The position numbers and the translations under genes are program-made. The notes beneath the pieces were generated by a model. That model did not search any database and had not been told where the DNA came from. It saw only the letters and a list, made by a program, of their open reading frames with translations. A stretch of DNA of 64,000 nt, taken from the NCBI GenBank assembly GCA_963704885.1, contig CAVPIB010000004.1:928001-992000 (forward strand). Direction: 5' to 3'. Shown here piece by piece: positions 9,610 through 18,785 of this stretch. This DNA is from an uncultured Actinomycetes bacterium. GTDB taxonomy: Bacteria > Actinomycetota > UBA4738 > HRBIN12. Position 1 is the first letter of the stretch, and every line of letters starts with the position of its first letter.

Positions 9610-10309
9610 ATCCTCCGACCGGTTCCTGGAGGTCGAGGACCTCACGAAGACGTACCGCGGCGGGTGGGGGCTGCACGACGTGTCGTTCTCGTTGGCCGGG
9701 GGGCGGATCGCCGCGCTCGACGGGCCGAACGGCAGCGGGAAGTCCACGATGCTCCGATGCCTGGCGGGACTGGTCCGGCACCACGGCCGGATCTCGCTGC
9801 GCGGTGAGCCCTTGAACGAGCGGCCCGACCTGCGCGCCGAGATCGGCTTCCTGCCTCAGTCCGTCTCCTTCCCCGAGCAAGCCACGATCGGCGAGGTGAT
9901 GGATCTGTTCGCCCGGCTCCGCGGAACGACGATCGACGACCATCCCTTCCCAGACGGGTTCGTGTCGGAAGACGATCGGCTGATGGGCGAGCTGTCCGGC
10001 GGTCAGCGGCACCGGGTGGCCGTCGCGGTGGCCTTGCTCGGACGCCCCTCGCTCCTGCTACTGGATGAGCCGGTCGCCGGCCTGGACGAGGCCGCACGGG
10101 GAACGTTCTGGGCAGTTCTACGCGACTTGGCCGATCGCGACGGTGTCACGTCGATCGTCTCGAGCCCCTTCCCCGCGGAGCTCCGCGGCGTGGCCGACTG
10201 CGCGCTCCACATGGTCGACGGGGACCTTCGCACGCTCGAGGACCCGATCCAGCCGACCCCTCTGCGGTCCGTTCACGGTCCTGAAGACCAGCTGGAGGCG
10301 AACGCATGA
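9602..10309 (+). CDS. nosF: ABC ATPase NosF
   Basis: Walker A GPNGSGKST, LSGGQ, LLLLDEP; follows nosD. Confidence 0.85.
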   Translation: MPESSDRFLEVEDLTKTYRGGWGLHDVSFSLAGGRIAALDGPNGSGKSTMLRCLAGLVRHHGRISLRGEPLNERPDLRAEIGFLPQSVSFPEQATIGEVMDLFARLRGTTIDDHPFPDGFVSEDDRLMGELSGGQRHRVAVAVALLGRPSLLLLDEPVAGLDEAARGTFWAVLRDLADRDGVTSIVSSPFPAELRGVADCALHMVDGDLRTLEDPIQPTPLRSVHGPEDQLEANA

Positions 10310-11139
10310 GCACCACGAACGCCACCACCCTGATCGCGTCGTGGGAGTACCGCACGGCGGTGCGCTCGCGGTGGGTCCTGACCATGGCGGCCGTCTTCGG
10401 CGGGCTGTGCGTGATCGTGACGCTCCTGGCCTTCCGCACGGTACGCGAGCTGGGCCTCACCGGGATCGGCCCCGCGTCGGCCACGCTCGTGAACCTCGGA
10501 GTGCTCCTCCCCTCCCTCATGGGACTACTCCTGGGAGCGGGGTCGCTGGCCGGGCAACGCGAGCACGGCCTGCTGGCGTTGGTCTGCGCACAGCCACTCC
10601 GGCGTTCGCAGGTGGCGACGGGAGCGGTGCTCGGCCTCAGCGCCTCGCTGCTCACGACCCTGGGCGTGGGGTTCGGCCTGGCGCTGCTGATCCTGGCCGG
10701 CGTGGCGCGGGGGACAGACCTTCCGGCGCTGCTCGCTCTGGCAGGAACGACCGCGGGCGTCGGTGCCGCGAGCGTGGCCATCGGTGTCGCGATCTCGACG
10801 ATGGTGGCCAGCCGGGTCCAGGGGATCTCGATCGCGGTTGGGCTGTGGATCCTCATGGCCCTCGGCGTGGATCTGGCGCTCGCCGCGCTGGCCCCCAGCG
10901 TCCATCTGGGACCGCTCGGCCTGCTGATAGTCGTGATGCTGAACCCGCTCGAGACGGGCCGGATCCTGGCTCTCCTGGCTACTAACCTCAAGGGAACCGC
11001 GCTCGGCCCGTTCGGCGCGTACATGGTGTCGACGTTCGGCACCGCCGGCGCCGTCGGTCTGCTGGTTGCCGATCTGGTGGCGTGGATCGCGCTGCCAACC
11101 CTTCTTGCCAGGCGCGCGCTGACCCGCGCAGACCTGTGA
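10306..11139 (+). CDS. nosY: ABC permease NosY
   Basis: About 6 TM segments, QREHG...QPLRR and LNP motifs; follows nosF. Confidence 0.85.
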   Translation: MSTTNATTLIASWEYRTAVRSRWVLTMAAVFGGLCVIVTLLAFRTVRELGLTGIGPASATLVNLGVLLPSLMGLLLGAGSLAGQREHGLLALVCAQPLRRSQVATGAVLGLSASLLTTLGVGFGLALLILAGVARGTDLPALLALAGTTAGVGAASVAIGVAISTMVASRVQGISIAVGLWILMALGVDLALAALAPSVHLGPLGLLIVVMLNPLETGRILALLATNLKGTALGPFGAYMVSTFGTAGAVGLLVADLVAWIALPTLLARRALTRADL

Positions 11140-11152
11140 AGGCGAGGTGTGG

Positions 11153-11584
11153 ATGAGGTTCACCAGACAGAGCCGCTACGCGATCGAAGCCCTGCGCGTG
11201 CTCGCGACCCACGAGCCCGACGAGATCGTGGACGCGCGCGAACTCGCCACGGAGGCGGGACTGCCGAGTCCGTACCTGTCGAAGATCCTCCAGCAGCTCG
11301 CGGCGGGCGGAGTCCTCAAAGCCGTGCGAGGGCGCGGGTATCGGCTTGCGCAACCCGCCGAGGAGATCCGGATCGACGAGGTGATCCGCACGGTCGAAGG
11401 AGGCGACGCCATCTGGGACGCCTGCATCTTCTGGCGCGAGGAGTGCAACACGGAGGACCCGTGCCCGCTCCACTTCCGCTGGCGGGAGCTGAAACCCGGC
11501 CTCCAGCTGGCCATGAACACCCTCACGCTGGCCGATGTGCGTGAGCGCTGGGCGCCGATGCCCAACAGCGTCTCAACGGCCTGA
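11153..11584 (+). CDS. Rrf2 family transcriptional regulator, probably Fe-S binding
   Basis: YAIEAL, PYLSKILQQL, RGRGYRLA winged HTH; C-terminal CIFWREECNTEDPCPLH (3 Cys + His). Confidence 0.9.
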   Translation: MRFTRQSRYAIEALRVLATHEPDEIVDARELATEAGLPSPYLSKILQQLAAGGVLKAVRGRGYRLAQPAEEIRIDEVIRTVEGGDAIWDACIFWREECNTEDPCPLHFRWRELKPGLQLAMNTLTLADVRERWAPMPNSVSTA

Positions 11585-11595
11585 GATCAGCGGCT

Positions 11596-11616
11596 ACTAG
11601 TCTGATTCAGACTAGT
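11596..11616. repeat. Palindrome ACTAGTCTGA-T-TCAGACTAGT (copy 1 of CTAGTCTG-N3-CAGACTAG)
   Basis: Read directly; overlaps the aminotransferase stop codon between convergent genes. Confidence 0.85.
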
Positions 11617-12767
11617 GCGCGGAGCCTTTCGCCGGCAGCCTCCAACGTCTCGAGCTTCTTGCAGAACGTGAACCGGAGCAGATGCGCTCCCTGCTTGGGC
11701 TCGGAGAAGAACGACGACCCCGGGACGGTCCCCACTCCGATCCGTTCGACCAGATCGTGCGCAGCGGCCACGTCGTCCGGGTAGTCCAGATGCGAGATGT
11801 CGGCCATGACGTAATAGGCGCCCTTGGGCGGCGACGCCTGGAACCCCGTCTCCGCCAGGATGCTCATCAGGAGCGAGCGACGCTCGTCGTACTCGGCCAC
11901 GACACGCTCGTAGTAGCTGTCGGGGAGGTTGAGCGCCGTGATCCCAGCCACTTGCAGCGGCGCGGGTGCCGCCACGGTGAGGAAGTCGTGCACCGGGCGC
12001 AACGCATCGGTCAGCTCACATGCCGCGATCGTCCAACCCACGCGCCACCCGGTCACCGAGTACGACTTGGAGAGCGCGCTGATGGTGACGGTCCGATCCT
12101 CCATCCCGGGGATCGTTGCGATAGGCACGTGCTCCACGCCGTCGTAGGTCAGGTGCTCGTATATCTCGTCTGTGATAGCGATGACGTCGTGGGCTACGCA
12201 GAGCTCCGCGATCAAAGAGAGCTCCTCGCGCGTGAACACCTTCCCGGTCGGGTTGTTCGGCGAGTTCAAGACGATGGCCCGGACGCGACCGGAGAACGCC
12301 GCACGCAGCTCGGCCTCATCGAACGTCCAGTCGGGGGGATGCAGCGTGACCAGACGCGGCACCGCTCCAGCTATCAAGGCGTCGGGTCCGTAGTTCTCGT
12401 AGAAGGGCTCGAAGACCACGATCTCGTCGCCCGGATCCACCAGGCCCAGCATCGCCGCGATCATGGCCTCGGTGGACCCGCAGGTGACGCAGATCTCCGT
12501 CTCAGGGTCGACACGCATGCCGTATAGGCGGTCGTACTGCGCGGCGATCGCCTCGCGGAACTCCGGCACGCCCCAGGTCACCGGGTATTGGTTGTGATCG
12601 TCGGCGATCGCCTGGCGTGCGGCCTCCTTCACCTCGTCCGGCGCCGGGAAGTCCGGGTATCCCTGGCCCAGGTTGACGGCGTCGTGCAGGTCGGCCAGGC
12701 GCGTCATCTCGCGTATCACCGACTCGGTGAACGACGACGACTTCGCGGAGCGACGGGTTCTCGACAC
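11607..12767 (-). CDS. PLP-dependent aminotransferase class I/II
   Basis: NLGQGYPDF, NSPNNPTG, DEIY, SALSKSYSVTGWRVG. Confidence 0.92.
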   Translation of the reverse strand: MSRTRRSAKSSSFTESVIREMTRLADLHDAVNLGQGYPDFPAPDEVKEAARQAIADDHNQYPVTWGVPEFREAIAAQYDRLYGMRVDPETEICVTCGSTEAMIAAMLGLVDPGDEIVVFEPFYENYGPDALIAGAVPRLVTLHPPDWTFDEAELRAAFSGRVRAIVLNSPNNPTGKVFTREELSLIAELCVAHDVIAITDEIYEHLTYDGVEHVPIATIPGMEDRTVTISALSKSYSVTGWRVGWTIAACELTDALRPVHDFLTVAAPAPLQVAGITALNLPDSYYERVVAEYDERRSLLMSILAETGFQASPPKGAYYVMADISHLDYPDDVAAAHDLVERIGVGTVPGSSFFSEPKQGAHLLRFTFCKKLETLEAAGERLRALV

Positions 12768-12856
12768 GCCGTGGAGACTAGCCGTTCGATGGTCGTCGCA
12801 GCGCCGGACCTGCGGGGATGAGCCGGGCCCGGAACCGGGTCGGATACAGTGGCCGC

Positions 12857-14131
12857 GTGGCGATCGGCTCCGACCTCCCCGCAGGCGTACGGTTCATCGG
12901 CGGTGAGTCAGGCGCCGCGGCGGCGTGGCCCTTGCAGGACGCGCCCGCCGACGCGGATCTCTCGTCCTGCGTGGCTTGCGGCCTGTGTCTCCCCCACTGC
13001 CCCACGTACCGGCTGACCGGCGAGGAGTCGGCCTCGCCGCGCGGGCGGATCACCGCCATGCGCGCGGTGAGCGAAGGCACGGCGACCGTCGATAACACGT
13101 TCGCGTCGTTCATGGATCTGTGCCTGGTCTGCCGGGCTTGCGAGGACGTATGCCCGTCGCACGTGCCGTTCGGCAGGATGATGGAGCGCGCGCGCGTCCA
13201 GGTGGAGCCGTTGCGCACCCGGCGGGCGCGGTTCGTTCGGTGGCTGGGGCTCGACATCGTCCTGCCGCACCCGTTCGTGCTGCGGGTCATGACGGCGCTC
13301 CAACCGATCGCGCGTCCGTTCCTGCGTCGCCGGATCCGCGCGATGATCCCGCGGCGTGCGTCGCCCTTCGCACGTCTGCCGCGCGAGACGGTCCCTCCCG
13401 AGGGCGTCGAGATCCGAGGAACGGTGGGGGTCCTGGCGGGCTGCGTCCAAGACCGGTGGTTCCACGAAGCCAACCGCGCCACGATCCGCGTGCTCGCCCG
13501 CAACGGCTGGCGCGTGACGGTGCCGCGCGAACAACGCTGCTGTGGCGCGCTTGGCGCCCACAACGGCCGGCTGAAGATGGCGCGGAAGCTGGCGCGACGC
13601 AACGCCCGGGCGTTCGCGGGCGTGGACCACGTGATCGTGAACGCCGCGGGCTGCAGCGCTCACATGAAGACCTACGTCGAGCTCGAGGAAGGGACGTCGC
13701 TCCCGGTCCGAGACCTGATGGAGTTCCTGGCGGAGGAGGGACTGACGGCCCAGCCCACCGAGCCGCTCACGGACGGCCTGATCGCCTACCACGACGCATG
13801 CCACGCGCTCCGCGCCCAGCGGATCTACGAGCAGCCGCGGACCGTGCTCCGCCAGATCCCGGGCATCCAGATCGCGGAGATCGCCAACGGCGACCGCTGC
13901 TGCGGGGCAGCCGGCCTATACAACGTGCTCGAGCCCGAGATGTCGGGACGGCTGATGCGCCAGAAGGCCGAGGCGATCCGGGATACGGGAGCCCGGGTGA
14001 TCGCGAGCGCGAACCCCGGGTGCAGCATGCAGATCGCCGCCGGACTCCGTGAGCTCAAGGTGGACACCGAGGTGGTCCACCCCGTCCAGCTGCTCGACCG
14101 AGCCTACGCTGCCTCGCCGGGTCAGGGCTGA
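12857..14131 (+). CDS. glcF: Glycolate oxidase Fe-S subunit GlcF
   Basis: Two 4Fe-4S motifs (CVACGLCLPHCP, CLVCRACEDVCP), CCG domains, YHDACH, ANPGC; GTG start follows TACAGT-N6. Confidence 0.85.
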   Translation: MAIGSDLPAGVRFIGGESGAAAAWPLQDAPADADLSSCVACGLCLPHCPTYRLTGEESASPRGRITAMRAVSEGTATVDNTFASFMDLCLVCRACEDVCPSHVPFGRMMERARVQVEPLRTRRARFVRWLGLDIVLPHPFVLRVMTALQPIARPFLRRRIRAMIPRRASPFARLPRETVPPEGVEIRGTVGVLAGCVQDRWFHEANRATIRVLARNGWRVTVPREQRCCGALGAHNGRLKMARKLARRNARAFAGVDHVIVNAAGCSAHMKTYVELEEGTSLPVRDLMEFLAEEGLTAQPTEPLTDGLIAYHDACHALRAQRIYEQPRTVLRQIPGIQIAEIANGDRCCGAAGLYNVLEPEMSGRLMRQKAEAIRDTGARVIASANPGCSMQIAAGLRELKVDTEVVHPVQLLDRAYAASPGQG

Positions 14132-14145
14132 TAGCGTCAACGGCC

Positions 14146-14688
14146 ATGCGATACGTGGGCGTGGGGCGGCGGTTCGCGGCGGTCCTGATCGACGGGGTCA
14201 TGCTCGGCATCATGTCGGGGCCGTTCGCCGAGATCGAACGGGGACCCGGGTACTTCCGTATCGGCTGGAGCGGTAGCCGCCTGCTGGTGCCGGGCCTGAT
14301 CGGCCTCGTGTACTACTTCCTCCTAGAGGGAGCGGCCGGCGCCACCATCGGCAAGTTCGCCACGGGGATCCGCGTGGTGAAAGAGGATGGGTCCAAGCTC
14401 GACTGGACCAGTGCCCTCATCCGCAACCTCGCACGGATCGTGGATCTGCTCCCGTACTTCGTGCCCTACCTCGTGGCCGCGATCGCCGTTTGGAGTTCGC
14501 CGGACAAGCGTCAGCGGCTGGGCGACAGATGGGCCAACACGGTCGTGGTCACGAAGGAGTCGTTGGATTCGCTCGCGTCCGGACCAGCCCCGCCCATCTT
14601 CGTCGGCGAGCCGCCTCCGCCGATGGCCCCAGGGGCGCCCCCGCCCATGCCTCCCCCGCCGCCGATGCCGCCGGCCTCCGGAGCCTGA
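14146..14688 (+). CDS. RDD family membrane protein with Pro-rich tail
   Basis: RRFAAVLID, GATIGK, ALIRNL, QRLGD. Confidence 0.9.
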   Translation: MRYVGVGRRFAAVLIDGVMLGIMSGPFAEIERGPGYFRIGWSGSRLLVPGLIGLVYYFLLEGAAGATIGKFATGIRVVKEDGSKLDWTSALIRNLARIVDLLPYFVPYLVAAIAVWSSPDKRQRLGDRWANTVVVTKESLDSLASGPAPPIFVGEPPPPMAPGAPPPMPPPPPMPPASGA

Positions 14689-14697
14689 CCGCTGGCG

Positions 14698-15198
14698 CTA
14701 CCAGCGGTCCTGATCCGCCTGCAGCGCCTCGGTGCCGGTGCACTCGCCGTCCGAAACCAGATACGTGGTGTCCTGACCGGCGACCTGCTTGATCGAGAAG
14801 CAGGTTCCCGACAGCGTGGGTGACGACGCGGCCCAGGTGTCGTTCGACGAGTAGACGCTCACGGTCCCGGGCCGGTCCGCCGGTTGGTCGGCCGCCACGT
14901 AACTGCGATCCGCGTCCGCCCGCCCGAGCCCCTCGGCGTCGGCCGGAGTGAAGGATCCGCCCTCCGAGTAGATGCGTTCCGCGCCGCTCAGGGCGATCCT
15001 GAGGTCGTTCTGGGTCCGGGATATCGCGTTCACCATAGGGCGGTTGGCGAAGATCTCGACCATCAACACGATGCCGCCGAGCACGATCGTGATGGCCACC
15101 ATCCAGAACCCGCGGTTCGAGGCTCGGCGCGGCTGGATCAGATCGACCCCGTCCAACTCCCGCTCGTAGGCGTCCAAGATGTCGTCGTCGTCAGGCAC
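14698..15198 (-). CDS. Membrane-anchored hypothetical protein, pilin-like
   Basis: RRASNRG|FWMV followed by a hydrophobic helix, an amphipathic helix and a C-terminal Cys pair; start follows TACGCT-N7. Confidence 0.6.
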   Translation of the reverse strand: MPDDDDILDAYERELDGVDLIQPRRASNRGFWMVAITIVLGGIVLMVEIFANRPMVNAISRTQNDLRIALSGAERIYSEGGSFTPADAEGLGRADADRSYVAADQPADRPGTVSVYSSNDTWAASSPTLSGTCFSIKQVAGQDTTYLVSDGECTGTEALQADQDRW

Positions 15199-15231
15199 GG
15201 GGACCAGCGTACCTTCGAGCCGCTGAGTCAG

Positions 15232-16413
15232 CTACGCGCCGAGCACTCGGCCTAGGTGCTCCAGGCTCTCCAGGTTGTGGCCCGACAGGAACACGTCGAC
15301 CGAGGGCATGGCGGCTGCCATCCCGCGGGCGAGTGGCTCGTAGCGGGGCGAGCCCTTCAGCGGGTTCACCCACACCACCTTGTGGGCCAGGCGGCGGAGG
15401 CGCGCCATCTGCGCCTTGAGCAGATCGGGATCGCCACGCTCCAGACCATCGGAGCAGAGCACCACCACGGCGCCGCGAAGTGCAGCACGCTGGCTCCACC
15501 CGTCCAGCAGCGCCTTGAGCGACTCGCCGATCCGCGTTCCGCCCTCCCAGTCGGCCACCTGCCGGCCGATCTCGTGCAAGGCGCGGTCCGGGTCGCGAGT
15601 CCGGAGCGTCCGAGTCACGCGCGTTAGGCGCGTCCCGAACACGAATACCTCCACGCGTCGGCCCGCGGCCATAGCGGCGTAACCGAACTGCATCAGCGCG
15701 CGCGCGTAGGGCGCCATGGAGCCGCTGATGTCCAGGATCAGGACGAGCGGGCGCGTCCGCGAGCGACGCTTCCGCCATGCGCGATCGAACGGTTCGCCCT
15801 GCGTGCGGAGCGACCGCCGGAGCGTCCGACGGATGTCGAATGTGGGACCCTTCGCGGCCGGGCGCGTCCTGCGCGTGTGCTCCACGGGAACCGTCACCGC
15901 CAGCCTGCGGATCATGGCGGCCACCCGGGCCCGTTCCTCCTCCGTCAGATCCGGGAACGACTTGTCGCGCAGGACCTCGACGCCGCTCGCAAGGATCCGG
16001 ATCGAGGTCTCGTCGCCGGGCTCGGGTTCCTCGTCGCCCGCGCCACGCCAACTGGCTGCGGTCGTTCCCAGCTGGACCTCCAGGTTCTCGGGCTCGTCGC
16101 CCCAGTCGATGGAGCGCTCCGCGTCGCCGCCAGGGATGTTTAGCTCGATCCTCAACGGGCCCTCTGCGCCAAGGCTCCGGTACCACTCCGCGAACGCGTC
16201 GTCGTAGGCCTCGAAGTCCTCCCTGCGGCCGATCATGCTGGTGCGTCCCGCCCAGTAGAGCGAGTCCCGATCGGTGAGGCCGAGCGCCGCGACTGCGCGG
16301 CAGAACGTCAGGATGCGACCGGTTCCCACGGGCAGTCCGCGCGCGCGCAGGTCGCGGCCGAAAGCGACGAGCGGGGCGAGCGGTCCGGCGGTCGACGTCG
16401 AAGACTCAGCCAT
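15232..16413 (-). CDS. VWA domain protein, CoxE-like
   Basis: MIDAS DISGSM, FVFGTRLTR, GGTRIG, SDG, WVNPL. Confidence 0.9.
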   Translation of the reverse strand: MAESSTSTAGPLAPLVAFGRDLRARGLPVGTGRILTFCRAVAALGLTDRDSLYWAGRTSMIGRREDFEAYDDAFAEWYRSLGAEGPLRIELNIPGGDAERSIDWGDEPENLEVQLGTTAASWRGAGDEEPEPGDETSIRILASGVEVLRDKSFPDLTEEERARVAAMIRRLAVTVPVEHTRRTRPAAKGPTFDIRRTLRRSLRTQGEPFDRAWRKRRSRTRPLVLILDISGSMAPYARALMQFGYAAMAAGRRVEVFVFGTRLTRVTRTLRTRDPDRALHEIGRQVADWEGGTRIGESLKALLDGWSQRAALRGAVVVLCSDGLERGDPDLLKAQMARLRRLAHKVVWVNPLKGSPRYEPLARGMAAAMPSVDVFLSGHNLESLEHLGRVLGA

Positions 16414-17287
16414 CGGAGTCGCCGACGAGCTCGGCGAGTCGCGGCGTCACCATCAGCTGGTCCTCGTGATCCTTCACGACGGTGCCCAGCGTGTCGGCCG
16501 CGAGCGAGCCGTTCAGTCGATCCGCCCCCAGGAACGCCAGGGCGTTCGCCCAGTCGATGGTCTCAGCAACACCGGGGAGCTTGGCCAGGTCCATCTCGCG
16601 CAGGCGCAGGACGGCGGTGGCCACGTCGCGCGCCAGCGCCTCGCTCACGTGCGGCGCGCGCACCCGAACGATCGCCACCTCGCGCTCCAGACCCGGGTGA
16701 TCGATCCAGTGGTAAAGGCAGCGTCGCTTAAGCGCATCGTGCAGCTCGCGGGTCCGGTTCGAGGTGACCACGACGGCCGGCGGGGTCTCGGCGGCCACCC
16801 GTCCGATCTCGGGGATGGTCACAGCGAACTCCGACAGGATCTCCAGCAGGAACGCCTCGAACTCGTCGTCGGCGCGGTCCAGCTCGTCGACCAGCAGGAC
16901 GGCTTTGGAGCCGGCGCGGATGGCGGCCAACAGCGGCCGCTCCACCAGGAAGTCCGGTCCGAACAGGTCCTCCACATGCGTCTCGGCAACCGCCGCGTCC
17001 ATCGCACGGACCGCGATCAGCTGACGCGAGTAGTTCCATTCGTATAGAGCCTGCGAGGCGTCGATCCCCTCGTAGCATTGGAGCCGGATGAGCCGTCGAC
17101 CCAGAAGGGTCGAGAGCACCTTGGCGACCTCCGTCTTGCCGACTCCGGCCTCGCCCTCGAGCAGGAGCGGCTTGTCGAGAGAGAGCGCGAGGTGGATCGC
17201 GGTCGCCAGACCCCGGTCGGCCAGATAGGACTGACCACCGAGTGCCTCCTGCAGCTCGTCCACCGACGGGAACGTCGTGTCACCCAT
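16406..17287 (-). CDS. MoxR-type AAA+ ATPase, CoxD-like
   Basis: GEAGVGKT, RLQCYEG, LLVDELDR, TSNRTRELHDALKRRC. Confidence 0.92.
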   Translation of the reverse strand: MGDTTFPSVDELQEALGGQSYLADRGLATAIHLALSLDKPLLLEGEAGVGKTEVAKVLSTLLGRRLIRLQCYEGIDASQALYEWNYSRQLIAVRAMDAAVAETHVEDLFGPDFLVERPLLAAIRAGSKAVLLVDELDRADDEFEAFLLEILSEFAVTIPEIGRVAAETPPAVVVTSNRTRELHDALKRRCLYHWIDHPGLEREVAIVRVRAPHVSEALARDVATAVLRLREMDLAKLPGVAETIDWANALAFLGADRLNGSLAADTLGTVVKDHEDQLMVTPRLAELVGDSDG

Positions 17288-17331
17288 GGCTCAAGGGTAT
17301 CGGCCGCAGGCGCTTCCCGCGACGTGCTTCC

Positions 17332-18219
17332 TCAGGGTCCGGTCGGGTTGGGGGCGATGACCGGGACCGGCGGAGCGACCACGCCGCGCTGCGTCAGCCG
17401 GTTCGACACGCGTTCGCGGAGCGTGCGCTCGATCTCCCAGCGCTTGGACGGGATCGTCTCCGCGACCACCCGCAGGATCTGAGCTGCGTCGGTCAGCTGC
17501 ACCACGCCGAGCACCTCGGGACCGCTCCGGAGCGCTCCGGCGAACGGCTGGGCCTCGCGGATCTCGTCGAAGAGCTCGGTCAGGATCGTGCGCACCACAT
17601 CGATGTCCTGGTCGTAGGCCAGCCGCAGATCGACGATCGCGCGTCCCCAACCGCGGGTCTTGTTGCTGGTCACCACGATGTTGCCGTTGGGCACGATGTT
17701 GAGCGTGCCATCGAACGAGCGGACCATGGTGATCCGCAGCGTCAACCCGGCGACCGTGCCGGAGACCGGGTCCCCGGAGGTCTGCAGCTCCACCGTGTCG
17801 CCCACGTCGTACTGGTTCTCCGCCAGGATGAAGAAGCCCGACAGCGTGTCCTTCACGATCGTCTGCGCGCCGAAGCCGAGCGCCACGCCCGCGATACCGG
17901 CCGTCGCGAGCAGCGGTCCCAGGTTCACGCCGATCGACGTGAGGATGACCAGCACGACGACGGTCCACACGACGAGTTGGAACGTGCTGAGCAACAGGTG
18001 TGCCACGGTCGCGCTGCGCCGGGCCTGACGGAGCCGCTCGCGTTCGGTCCCGTCGGCGAGCTCTGCGGCGCGATGGTCGAGCCGTCGCACGTACCGGCGG
18101 GCGAGCAGGTTGATGATCACCGCCGACAGGAGGATCAGCCCAAGCGCGATGCCTACGGTGAGCCACCACTCCGCGCTGAAGCGAGGAGGGTCTGATTGCT
18201 GCGCAAGAAAGCCGAACAT
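17332..18219 (-). CDS. Small-conductance mechanosensitive channel (MscS family)
   Basis: AGIAGVALGFGAQ, ENQYDVGD, IVPNG. Confidence 0.9.
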   Translation of the reverse strand: MFGFLAQQSDPPRFSAEWWLTVGIALGLILLSAVIINLLARRYVRRLDHRAAELADGTERERLRQARRSATVAHLLLSTFQLVVWTVVVLVILTSIGVNLGPLLATAGIAGVALGFGAQTIVKDTLSGFFILAENQYDVGDTVELQTSGDPVSGTVAGLTLRITMVRSFDGTLNIVPNGNIVVTSNKTRGWGRAIVDLRLAYDQDIDVVRTILTELFDEIREAQPFAGALRSGPEVLGVVQLTDAAQILRVVAETIPSKRWEIERTLRERVSNRLTQRGVVAPPVPVIAPNPTGP

Positions 18220-18341
18220 GCCGCCCATCCAACAAGGCAGCGTCCACAGCGTCAAAGAACTGGGCGAACGCAGATAGCGAGCTAAGAACCGCAACCCGTG
18301 AGACAAGCCTCGCGACGTAGGGAGAGTTTCTTGTATAGAGG

Positions 18342-18368
18342 TGTCGAACAGGACACCGAACGTTCGTA
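18342..18368 (+). promoter_or_regulatory. Candidate ECF42-type promoter
   Basis: TGTCGA-N17-CGTA upstream of the DGPF gene, close to the reported ECF42 consensus TGTCGA...CG(A/T)C. Confidence 0.5.
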
Positions 18369-18418
18369 GCCAGGGTGAGCGGCGGGACCGACCGCCCCAG
18401 CCACGGGAGGAGTCAACC

Positions 18419-18781
18419 ATGGCCAAGTACCTGTTGTCCGTCCACAGCGTCGAGGGCGAGGTGGGGGCCCCGGTGACCGAACAAGAGATGCAGCGGTTCA
18501 TGGATCAGGTCAACATCCTCGAGGAAGAGATGAGGTCGGCCGGCGCTTGGCTCTTCGGCGGCGCGCTGCACGAACCCGACACAGCTACTGTCGTTCGCAT
18601 GTCCGGCGGCGAGATGCTGACCACCGACGGTCCCTTCGCGGAGTCGAAGGAACACCTGGGCGGCTTCTACATCATCGAAGCCGAGGACCTCGACGCTGCG
18701 CTCGTCTGGGCGTCGAAGACCAGCGCAGCGGTCTCGCATCCCATCGAGGTCCGCCCGTTCCGGCACGTATCCGAGGCCTGA
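18419..18781 (+). CDS. YCII/DGPF family protein
   Basis: TDGPFAESKEHLGGFY, IEVRP; GGAGG RBS. Confidence 0.92.
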   Translation: MAKYLLSVHSVEGEVGAPVTEQEMQRFMDQVNILEEEMRSAGAWLFGGALHEPDTATVVRMSGGEMLTTDGPFAESKEHLGGFYIIEAEDLDAALVWASKTSAAVSHPIEVRPFRHVSEA

Positions 18782-18785
18782 CAGA

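Noticed and set aside
11596-11616. Simple intrinsic terminator between the Rrf2 and aminotransferase genes
   Set aside because: AT-rich stem with a minimal loop and no U-tract; an identical copy lies inside a gene at 57913, so termination alone does not explain it
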